Of a stretch of DNA of 64,000 bases, positions 19,797-27,962 are shown one piece after another (position 1 is the stretch's first letter; each line of letters starts with the position of its first letter). The notes beneath the pieces are model-generated. The model was given only the letters and a program-made list of their open reading frames with translations. It did no database searches and was not told the DNA's origin. Made by a program: the position numbers and the translations under genes. Origin of the DNA: Fidelibacterota bacterium. GTDB lineage: Bacteria; Fidelibacterota; UBA2242. Location: the NCBI GenBank assembly GCA_049975265.1, contig JBNGDF010000011.1, forward strand, positions 12,705 through 76,704, written 5' to 3'.

Positions 19797-21140
19797 CTAT
19801 CGGATTAAATGATGGTTGTTCAGAAAATCATCCAGAATTTCAGTCAGATTGGGATGTCCGATCTCCTGCAGATCGTAATACACCCGGGTATTGGGTTTGT
19901 TTATATTCAGAATGCGGTTCAGATCAATCGGTGTACCGATAATAACGGAATCGCAATCCGTATTTGCGATTGTTGCTTCTAGGTCGCGAATCTGCTGCTC
20001 GCCATACCCCATGGCAGGTAAAAGTCGCCCAATATCCGGGTAAATCTGAAACGTTTCCGTTAGTTTTCCGACGGTATAGGGGCGTGGATCGACGATCTCG
20101 GCGGCGTTGTACTTGCGGGCTGCGACGGTGCCGGCGCCGATTTTCATTTCGCCGTGCGTCAGGGTAGGACCATCTTCTATCACCAGAACGCGTTTACCCC
20201 GGATCAACTCGGGCTTTTCAACCCTGATGGGCGAAGCCCCGTCGATCACCACCGCTCTGGGATTGACCTGGTTGATACTTTCCCGAACAATCTGGATTCC
20301 TTCCGGGGCAGCACTCTCGATTTTGTTGATTACCACCACGTCGGCGAGCCGGAGGTTCACTTCGCCGGGATAGTAACTCCGTTCGTTACCCGGTCGATGG
20401 GGATCTGCGACGGTGATTGTCAGGTCCGGTTGGTAAAAGGCAAAATCGTTGTTGCCGCCGTCCCAGAGAATGACATCACAGCCGTTGGGGTCCTCTTCCG
20501 CCGCCCGGATGATCGCTTCATAATCCACACCGGCATAAATGACATTACCCCGGATAATATGGGGTTCGTATTCTTCCATCTCCTCGATGGTGCATTTATG
20601 TTTTGTCAGATCCTCCAGGGTGGCGAAACGCTGGACCTTTTGATCGATCAGTTTGCCATAGGGCATGGGGTGTCGGATGGCTACCACTTTCAGCCCCTTC
20701 TGCATCAGAATCTCGATTACTTTGCGCGACGTCTGGCTCTTTCCACAGCCGGTCCGGGTGGCACAGACGGCGATTACCGGCTTCGTGCTTTTAATCATGG
20801 TATGCGCCGGACCCAGCAATGTAAAGTTGGCACCACAGGCATTCACCAGCGCGCTGATACCCATTACCTTTTGATAGCTGATATCGCTGTAGGAGAAGAT
20901 ACATTCATCCACGTTGTATTGTCGGATGAGTTCCGGCAGATTATCTTCGGCGTAGATCGGAATTCCTTCGGGATATAGTCTGCCGGCTAATTCTGCCGGA
21001 TATTTGCGGTCATCGATATCCGGGATCTGGGCGGCGGTAAATGCCACCACATGATAATTATCATTATCCCGGAAATAGGTATTAAAATTATGGAAATCGC
21101 GACCGGCGGCGCCAATAATCAGAACATTCTTTTTTTTCAT
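19797..21140 (-). CDS. COG2403-type protein (cyclic 2,3-diphosphoglycerate synthetase-like, annotated elsewhere as predicted GTPase)
   Basis: N-terminus IIGAAGRDFHNFNTYFRDN…VVAFTAAQIP and P-loop-like ATRTGCGKSQTS match my recollection of this family. 447 aa. Confidence 0.65.
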   Translation of the reverse strand: MKKKNVLIIGAAGRDFHNFNTYFRDNDNYHVVAFTAAQIPDIDDRKYPAELAGRLYPEGIPIYAEDNLPELIRQYNVDECIFSYSDISYQKVMGISALVNACGANFTLLGPAHTMIKSTKPVIAVCATRTGCGKSQTSRKVIEILMQKGLKVVAIRHPMPYGKLIDQKVQRFATLEDLTKHKCTIEEMEEYEPHIIRGNVIYAGVDYEAIIRAAEEDPNGCDVILWDGGNNDFAFYQPDLTITVADPHRPGNERSYYPGEVNLRLADVVVINKIESAAPEGIQIVRESINQVNPRAVVIDGASPIRVEKPELIRGKRVLVIEDGPTLTHGEMKIGAGTVAARKYNAAEIVDPRPYTVGKLTETFQIYPDIGRLLPAMGYGEQQIRDLEATIANTDCDSVIIGTPIDLNRILNINKPNTRVYYDLQEIGHPNLTEILDDFLNNHHLIR

Positions 21141-21357
21141 TTTATCACCTCATATTGAAATTGATAGCAACCTGTAATTTATCGGAACGGACTGTTGCTG
21201 TCAGGCCTATTTAAATCCGAAGTGATATGTCCAGAGAATCAAAGAATGTGTATATTGTGAGTTCATCGCTTCATACAATCAAATAATCCACCCGCAAAAT
21301 TATACAATCGTCCCTCGAAAAACAAGGGAAACTAGCGCCAGAAATGAAAGATGGAGA

Positions 21358-22332
21358 TCAGATTTTCAGATGGAGCCCTTCCCGGGCAATGGATATCCGG
21401 ATCTCTTTTTCCGGGTAATGTTTCTCCCGGTACTTCATGGCATCCCGGAGTATGCCCTCCAGCTTTTGATCGGAGTAGGAGGGATCGTGGTGAAAAAACA
21501 GAAGGTGTTTGACATTGGCTTCCGCCGCAAAATCGACGCCCTGCAGGGAGGTGCTGTGACCCCAGTTTTCCTTTTCAATACTCTCCTCGATGGTATACTG
21601 GGCGTCGAAAATCAGAATATCCGCCCCTCTAAAAAATTCGACATAGGAGGAATAGCGATCCTTATCGATGTTCTTATACTCGGAATCGGTGGCATATACG
21701 ATGGCTTTATGCTGATAGTCGATGCGGTAACCAAAAGAGCCGCCGGGATGATTCAACATCTTGTTGGTGATCCAGATTCCGTCCAGGTCGAACGTCTCCT
21801 CCTTACGCAGCTGAAAAAAGTCAATCACCGCTCCCATTGCAGACAGCGATACCGGGTAGTATTCATCTTCCTGCTGATTACTGATGCGCTGTTCGAGACC
21901 GTTGTGGACACCGTAGATGGTGATGTTATTACCCGATTTATAGGCGGGCGCAAAGAAAGGAAATCCCATAATATGATCCCAATGAGTATGGGTCAGAAAG
22001 ATATGGGCTTCTCCATTGCCACTTCCAAACTCCCGGGTCATCAGCAACTCGCCCAGTGGACGAATCCCTGAACCGGCATCCAGAATAATATGTTTGCCTT
22101 CAATGTTAACATAGATACATGCCGTGTTGCTTCCGACGAAACGCTTCATTTCAAATGGCAGCTTTGCGATGTATTTCTCGATATCCTCATCGTTATCGAG
22201 TTTTTTCCCGCGGCAGTCTTTGAGAATCTTGCTGAGTTTACATTCGAATTCCGCAGGATCGGGCGAGGTGGGCAAAGACCCGCGGACACCCCAGAAGGTC
22301 AGATGAATTGTGTCTGTATTTTCGTTAAGCAT
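21358..22332 (-). CDS. MBL-fold metallo-hydrolase
   Basis: HTHWDH metal-binding motif in FLTHTHWDHIMGFPFF and later FFHHDP. Substrate unknown. Confidence 0.8.
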   Translation of the reverse strand: MLNENTDTIHLTFWGVRGSLPTSPDPAEFECKLSKILKDCRGKKLDNDEDIEKYIAKLPFEMKRFVGSNTACIYVNIEGKHIILDAGSGIRPLGELLMTREFGSGNGEAHIFLTHTHWDHIMGFPFFAPAYKSGNNITIYGVHNGLEQRISNQQEDEYYPVSLSAMGAVIDFFQLRKEETFDLDGIWITNKMLNHPGGSFGYRIDYQHKAIVYATDSEYKNIDKDRYSSYVEFFRGADILIFDAQYTIEESIEKENWGHSTSLQGVDFAAEANVKHLLFFHHDPSYSDQKLEGILRDAMKYREKHYPEKEIRISIAREGLHLKI

Positions 22333-22561
22333 TATCCCCCCTTTTGCCGTGAAATACTAATCGAACCATATTTCTGATGCCCCAACTACCCTCCAATATG
22401 ACAGAATATTATAAAAAAATCAACCCTTTTTTCCACCGTTTTATGTAAGCGTATTTTTAAACAGTCAATTGTCATTAAATATGTGATCTGGAACAATTAT
22501 CATGTTGGTGTGTTTAACCTTTCCGGGATTATGGGTGTCTTAAAAAAGTAAGACCGGTCAC

Positions 22562-22590
22562 TTGAAAGTCATGTAGATTTTGTGTATATT
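22562..22590 (+). promoter_or_regulatory. Sigma70-like promoter candidate for the LysM lipoprotein gene
   Basis: TTGAAA (22562-22567), 17-nt spacer, TATATT (22585-22590). AAAGGAG RBS lies 10 nt before the ATG at 22620. Confidence 0.45.
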
Positions 22591-22619
22591 ATAGCAACGT
22601 TGAAAGGAGTACAAGTGCA

Positions 22620-23282
22620 ATGAAAAAGAAGCTGTCGGTGAATCAAATTTTTCCAATTTTCATGGTTGTTATCGGACTTCTCGTCGGCTGCTCGAAAGAG
22701 GTTGTTGAAGAAGAACCCGTTGCGGAACAACCGACACCGGTTCAGGAGATGCCGGTCAGTGAACCAGAAGCTCAAGAACCCGCACCTGTTCCGCAAGAGA
22801 CAATTGCTCCTACTGAGTCGGCGACTGCCGGTACCGGGAGTGAGACACTGCAGGAACGTGAGGGCAAGCTGGAAGAGGTTCTGGAGGTCATCAGCGAAAC
22901 CGACAGCGTTAATATTTTCTACATGGTAAAACCGGGTGACTACCTTTCATTGATTGCGAAAAACGAGTATGGCAATATTGGCATGTGGCGGATGATTTAT
23001 AAATGGAATCGCCGGAAAATCGGGAATGATCCGAACGTAATTTTTCCGTTTCATGAGTTCCTGCTGAAAAAGCCAAAAGATGCCGCCAACGATCTGGAAT
23101 ATGATTACTACGAATATATGGTCAAAGCCAACGAGACACTCTGGTCAATTGCCGGTAAGGAATACAATAACCACTACGCCTGGATTGTGATTCTGCGTGA
23201 TAACGCCGATATCTTGGGACCGAATATTGACGATGTATCTCCGGGAACTGTTTTAAAATTGCGATCGAATCTGTTTAATTAA
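22620..23282 (+). CDS. Lipoprotein with two LysM-like peptidoglycan-binding repeats
   Basis: Lipobox LLVGC and an E/P-rich linker. Two LysM-like units follow (YMVKPGDYLSLIAKNEYG… and YMVKANETLWSIAGKEYNN…). Confidence 0.75.
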   Translation: MKKKLSVNQIFPIFMVVIGLLVGCSKEVVEEEPVAEQPTPVQEMPVSEPEAQEPAPVPQETIAPTESATAGTGSETLQEREGKLEEVLEVISETDSVNIFYMVKPGDYLSLIAKNEYGNIGMWRMIYKWNRRKIGNDPNVIFPFHEFLLKKPKDAANDLEYDYYEYMVKANETLWSIAGKEYNNHYAWIVILRDNADILGPNIDDVSPGTVLKLRSNLFN

Positions 23283-23305
23283 ACGGCATCTCGCTAATGC
23301 ATTGG

Positions 23306-23337
23306 AAAAGCGGAGTTTAAACTCCGCTTTTTTTTTT
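23306..23337 (+). terminator. Rho-independent terminator
   Basis: AAAAGCGGAGT-TTAA-ACTCCGCTTTT hairpin followed by a T-run, 24 nt after the LysM gene stop. Confidence 0.85.
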
Positions 23338-23435
23338 ACCCTTCGCCTGAAATTTCAGAAAGGGCTTACCATTCTGAAATTTCCTTTTAAATTAAAGGAA
23401 GTCTGATATCATTTAACACGGGAGAACAGGGGATT

Positions 23436-25343
23436 ATGGCAAATGCAATCAATCTTTTGGACTGGCTGATTATTCTGGTCTATTTTGTCTTTGTTTTTGG
23501 AATCGCCCTCTATTTTTCCAGACGCGCCGGCAAGGACACCAGCCAATTTTTCCTATCGGGTCGGAACCTGCCCTGGTGGCTGGCGGGTACCGCGATGGTG
23601 GCGACCACCTTTGCGGCGGATACGCCCCTGGCGGTGACGGAGCTGGTTGCCCGCAATGGAATTGCCGGCAACTGGCTCTGGTGGAACCTGGCAATCGGGG
23701 CGATGCTGACCGTTTTCTTTTTTGCCAAGTTGTGGCGCCGGTCGGGGATTATGACCGATGTGGAGTTTACTGAATTCCGCTATTCCGGGAAAGCCGCGGC
23801 TGTTTTGCGGGGATTCCGGGCGATTTATCTGGGTATTTTTATGAACGCCATTGTGATGGGCTGGGTTCACAAGGCTATGGAGAAAATTTTTCACGTCACG
23901 CTACCGATGATCAACCCTTTTCTGCTGGTTGCCGGCGCATCGATCGTAATTGCTCTCTACGCTTCCGCTTCGGGTCTGTTGGGAACCGCCCGGACGGACA
24001 GCTTCCAGTTTTTATTTGCCATGACCGGCTGTATTATTCTGGCGGTGATTGTAGTGCGTTTGCCTCAGATCGGCGGGGCGGTTGCACTCAGTGGTCGGCT
24101 GGCGCCCCAGGTATTGAGCTTTTTTCCGAAGGTTGGGAAGGTTGACATACAGGGTATAACCGGCGGAGTCCTGGCACTTTCGGTGGGTGCGTTTTTTGCT
24201 CACATTGGTCTGCAATGGTGGTCCAGCTGGTATCCCGGTGCCGATCCTGGGGGCGGCGGATACATCGCCCAGCGGATGATGTCGGCGAAAGATGAGAAAC
24301 ACAGCCTGTTAGCAACGTTGTGGTTTACGATCGCACATTATACATTGCGTCCCTGGCCCTGGATTCTGGTGGCGCTGAGTGCCCTGATAATATTACCACG
24401 GTCGGAAAGTCCGGCGGCGTTACAGGCAGAGAATCCGGCACTTTACGAACAGGTTGTAGCAGTTTATAACGGTGATATCAAACCCGCTGACGATCCTGAA
24501 TATCAGACCGCCGAATTCCGGGCATTTTATGAAAAGTATGAAAACACCGTTGACCCGGGTGTCATGTATCCAAAAATCATGATGCGGTTTTTACCGCCCG
24601 GCTTACTGGGACTGCTGATCGCCACCTTTTTAGCGGCATATATGTCCACGATTGCTTCGCAGCTGAACTGGGGCACCTCTTACATTATCAACGATTTTTA
24701 TCGACGATTCATTCAATCCGGTGCCGATGAGAGGCACTACGTTTTTGTCTCCAGGATCGCAATGTACCTGATGATTGTATTCTCCCTGCTGATTGCCCGT
24801 TATCTTTTGACGACAGTTTCAGGTGCCTGGGAGTTTATTATCAATGCCAGCGCCGGGATGGGCGCCGTGCTGATTTTGCGCTGGTTCTGGTGGCGAATCA
24901 ACGCCTGGTCGGAGATCTCAGCTATGATTGCACCACTGATTATTTATCCGATCGCCCGATTCGGTTTTGGAATGCAATCTCCCATTACGCTTTACCCGGT
25001 GGTTTTCGGAACGACGATCATCTGGCTCGCGATCACCTTTTTAACTCAGCCCACCGACAGAGAAACCCTGAAAAAATTTTACCGCAAGGTTCATCCGGGC
25101 GGGCGCGGCTGGAAGCCCGTTTCCGACGAATTGCCGGATGTTGTCAGCGACAGTGGATTCGGAAAGATCTTTATTGACTGGATTTGCGGGGTTATTTTGG
25201 TTTATGCCAGTCTGTTTGGAATTGGGAAAATTATTCTGGGTTACTATTTTTCCGGCGTTTTCTATCTTGTTATTGCCACCGCTGCGGCGCTGATTATCTA
25301 TTTACACCTGTCGAAAATCGGTTGGGAGACCGTTACCGAATAG
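23436..25343 (+). CDS. Sodium:solute symporter (SSF) family transporter
   Basis: 635 aa polytopic protein with an N-terminal SSF-type segment FFLSGRNLPWWLAGTAMVATTFAADTPLAVTE. Substrate not inferable. Confidence 0.8.
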   Translation: MANAINLLDWLIILVYFVFVFGIALYFSRRAGKDTSQFFLSGRNLPWWLAGTAMVATTFAADTPLAVTELVARNGIAGNWLWWNLAIGAMLTVFFFAKLWRRSGIMTDVEFTEFRYSGKAAAVLRGFRAIYLGIFMNAIVMGWVHKAMEKIFHVTLPMINPFLLVAGASIVIALYASASGLLGTARTDSFQFLFAMTGCIILAVIVVRLPQIGGAVALSGRLAPQVLSFFPKVGKVDIQGITGGVLALSVGAFFAHIGLQWWSSWYPGADPGGGGYIAQRMMSAKDEKHSLLATLWFTIAHYTLRPWPWILVALSALIILPRSESPAALQAENPALYEQVVAVYNGDIKPADDPEYQTAEFRAFYEKYENTVDPGVMYPKIMMRFLPPGLLGLLIATFLAAYMSTIASQLNWGTSYIINDFYRRFIQSGADERHYVFVSRIAMYLMIVFSLLIARYLLTTVSGAWEFIINASAGMGAVLILRWFWWRINAWSEISAMIAPLIIYPIARFGFGMQSPITLYPVVFGTTIIWLAITFLTQPTDRETLKKFYRKVHPGGRGWKPVSDELPDVVSDSGFGKIFIDWICGVILVYASLFGIGKIILGYYFSGVFYLVIATAAALIIYLHLSKIGWETVTE

Positions 25344-25356
25344 GGCGGGCACATCG

Positions 25357-26700
25357 ATGGGATTAAAGCGGGAACTAAATATCTGGCATGTGATTGCGCT
25401 GATTCTCGGCTCGGTCATTGGTTCCGGTGTTTTCATTAACCTGCCGATCGTCGCGCGGGAAGCCGGTAGTCCCGGTCTGGCGGTGATCGCCTGGTTTATC
25501 GGTGGCATACTCTGGTTACCGCAGCTGTTCATTCTGGCGGAAATGGCGACCGCCTACCCGGAGGAGGGATTCGGTTACCTGTATCTGAAAAAAGCGGGCA
25601 GTCAGGCGCTTGGATTTCTATATGTCTGGACGGTTTTCTGGACCAGTGATACACCGAGCATCACCATCATTGCCCTCAGTGCTGTATCGGCTTTGAGTGT
25701 ATTCTGGGCACCTCTGGAGGGGACGCTGTATACAAAGCTCTTTGCCATGCTGCTCATCGTCGTACTGACCTATATTCATTATCGCAGTGTACGAAGGGGG
25801 GGCGGATTCCAGGTTTTCCTGACCATTGCCAAACTCTCGCCGCTGATTTTGCTGTGCATAATGGGTGTCAGTCTGTTCAGTAGCGAACACCTTTTTTTAT
25901 TACCCGATAAAGCGGTCACGGGCGATAAGTCTCTATTCACGCTGCTGGTTGGTGGAATCGCCGGGACGATCTGGTCCTATGCCGGCTTTACTAATGTCCT
26001 CTACATGGCGGGCGAGATGAAGAATCCGGCGAAAATCATTCCGCGCAGTCTGCTAATCTCCGTTGGAATTGTTACAATTGTCTACAGTCTGATCGCCTTA
26101 TCCACGAGCGTATTTATTCCTTATAAGGATTTGATTGCTACGAGTGGACAGTTTGCGAACCCCTTTCTTTATCTGCCGGCTTTTGCCAAAATCGCGGGAG
26201 CGTTTCTGGCGATCGCGGCATTTACCAGTATGATCGGCTGTGTGAATGCTCTGATAATGGTTCAGCCCCGCATCGAATATGCGATCGCCCGGGATGGACT
26301 CTTTTTCAAGACGTTTGCCCACGTCCATCCGAAATACCAGACCCCTGATTATTCGATTCTGTTGCAATCGGGTTTGGCGATCGTTCTGCTGTTTATCGGT
26401 GGTATTGAAGCACTGCTTGGATATTTTACATTGTCCTATCTGTTGCAGAATGGAATGATTTACGGGGCAATTTTTTTTCTGCGGAAGCGCGAAGATTACC
26501 AACCCACCTTTCGTTCGCCGGCTTGGTTGCTGATGGCGATGATTGCGATCGGGTCGCAGCTTTATCTGATTTACGGTACCTTTGTCGCCTTCCCCGTAGG
26601 GGGTGTGCTCTCAGCGATGGTGTTAATTGCCACCGGATTGCCGATGTACTATTATTTCAAATCCCGGCAGTCCCGGGCGGAAAAACCTTTCAGGGAGTGA
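25357..26700 (+). CDS. APC superfamily amino acid permease
   Basis: 447 aa with about 12 hydrophobic segments. The N-terminal LILGSVIGSGVFI and AEMATAYPEEGFGY motifs are typical of APC permeases. Confidence 0.8.
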   Translation: MGLKRELNIWHVIALILGSVIGSGVFINLPIVAREAGSPGLAVIAWFIGGILWLPQLFILAEMATAYPEEGFGYLYLKKAGSQALGFLYVWTVFWTSDTPSITIIALSAVSALSVFWAPLEGTLYTKLFAMLLIVVLTYIHYRSVRRGGGFQVFLTIAKLSPLILLCIMGVSLFSSEHLFLLPDKAVTGDKSLFTLLVGGIAGTIWSYAGFTNVLYMAGEMKNPAKIIPRSLLISVGIVTIVYSLIALSTSVFIPYKDLIATSGQFANPFLYLPAFAKIAGAFLAIAAFTSMIGCVNALIMVQPRIEYAIARDGLFFKTFAHVHPKYQTPDYSILLQSGLAIVLLFIGGIEALLGYFTLSYLLQNGMIYGAIFFLRKREDYQPTFRSPAWLLMAMIAIGSQLYLIYGTFVAFPVGGVLSAMVLIATGLPMYYYFKSRQSRAEKPFRE

Positions 26701-26706
26701 GGTTGT

Positions 26707-27072
26707 ATGCCGATTCGTAAGACATTTGTTGTAACATTCATCCCGGCGATTCTGCTACTAAGTGTCTGTCTTCCCGTCAGACTGGAGGCTCATCCCGCGC
26801 GGGAGATTTCGGTGACCTACGATAAGGCTACCAGTCTGCTGAAGATCGTGATTGTTCACGAATCAGAAGACTTTGACCGCCATTATATTGAAAAAGTCTG
26901 GGTATCGGTGAATCAAAAAGAGCGTATCCGTCAGAGTTTCAGCAGTCAGGATGATTTGCAAGGATTGCAATTGCAGTACAAGATGTTTCATTTGAAAAAA
27001 GGGGACATCATCACGGTGGAATGTCGATGCAATATTTTCGGCAGGCAGGCAACCTCTGTTGAAATCGAGTAA
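26707..27072 (+). CDS. Small exported protein with superoxide-reductase (desulfoferrodoxin centre II)-like sequence pattern
   Basis: Signal-like N-terminus. AHPAREI…VHESEDFDRHYIEKVWV…KKGDIITVECRCNIFG…VEIE parallels the neelaredoxin pattern KHVPVIE…PHP…HHIRYIEL…KKGKLYALSYCNIHG…VTLE, recalled from memory. Confidence 0.5.
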   Translation: MPIRKTFVVTFIPAILLLSVCLPVRLEAHPAREISVTYDKATSLLKIVIVHESEDFDRHYIEKVWVSVNQKERIRQSFSSQDDLQGLQLQYKMFHLKKGDIITVECRCNIFGRQATSVEIE

Positions 27073-27787
27073 AACCGTCCACAGAGATTATCCCGGTATC
27101 GGCACGGTTGAGTTTGTGCGGAGCCACCGTGCGCGTCGTCTGAATATTCGGATCAAGAACAGCCGTGCGGTGCGGGTGGCGGTTCCGCCGGGCATTCCGT
27201 TTCCGGTGGCGTATCTGTTCTTTGACGACCACCGGGAATGGGTGCGGCAGTCCCAGCAGCGCCTGCGCAATGCAGAGGCAGCGGAGCAACCGCTATTTGA
27301 TGAATCTTTTCGAACCCACCTACACCGTCTGCGTATCGAACAAACTGATGAAACTCTCTTCAGGTCCTGGATAACAGCCACTGAAATCCGGATATTTCTG
27401 CCTGCCGGAGTAAAGGTTAATGACGAAAACGCCCGTCGCTGGATTTTGCAGTCCGTGATTGAAACTTACCGCCAGGAAGCAAAAGATCTGTTACCGAACC
27501 GGACTGCCGAACTGGCAAAACAGTTTCAATTTAATTACAATCGATTGTTTATTAAAAATTTAAAAAGCCGTTGGGGCAGCTGTTCTGCCCGCAATAATAT
27601 TAACCTGAATCTGCAATTAATGCGCTTTGAGGAATGGGTGATCGATTATATTATTCTGCATGAATTGTTGCACACCCGGATAAGGAATCACAGCCCGCTG
27701 TTCTGGAAAAAGCTGACAGCGATATATCCGGCTACACCATCAGCCCGCAACCTTTTGAGAAGCGTTAAACCGTACATTCTTTACTGA
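27059..27787 (+). CDS. YgjP-like (DUF45/M48-related) metallopeptidase
   Basis: SRWGSCS and HELLHTR (HExxH) motifs. There is no in-frame ATG before the conserved N-terminal region, so the TTG at 27059 is the likely start, overlapping the previous gene. Confidence 0.75.
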   Translation: MKSSKTVHRDYPGIGTVEFVRSHRARRLNIRIKNSRAVRVAVPPGIPFPVAYLFFDDHREWVRQSQQRLRNAEAAEQPLFDESFRTHLHRLRIEQTDETLFRSWITATEIRIFLPAGVKVNDENARRWILQSVIETYRQEAKDLLPNRTAELAKQFQFNYNRLFIKNLKSRWGSCSARNNINLNLQLMRFEEWVIDYIILHELLHTRIRNHSPLFWKKLTAIYPATPSARNLLRSVKPYILY

Positions 27788-27962
27788 TCTCTTTAAGTAA
27801 TTAGACTCACCAAGCGAACTAAAATTAAATATATACCGGATTAGAAACTGTCAAATCCGGTTGAACTACTTAAATAATTTAAGAATCCTGTTTCAACTTC
27901 AGTGGAGATATATTAAATTTTATTCATGGGACTCGGCAGTGGCGGAGTTTAAGCAGGAGTTG

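Noticed and set aside
20154-20978. 274-aa ORF antisense to the COG2403 gene, with nested ORFs at 20107-20373 and 20603-20874.
   Set aside because: These are shadow ORFs opposite a well-supported CDS, with no recognisable domain.
21141-21357. 217-nt gap upstream of the COG2403 operon as a possible ncRNA or riboswitch. It contains a 7-bp hairpin (TCCCTTG-TTTTT-CGAGGGA) and a TGTATAAT extended -10 on the minus strand.
   Set aside because: I recognise no conserved riboswitch fold. The elements are adequately explained as the MBL-gene 3-prime hairpin plus a promoter with a long leader. This stays unresolved without covariance-model searches.
27861-27962. N-terminal 34-aa extension of PEPCK from a TTG start.
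   Set aside because: The TTG sits in the 3-prime arm of an 8-bp hairpin (27835-27861). The extension is not PEPCK-like. An AGGAG RBS precedes the ATG pair at 27963/27966.
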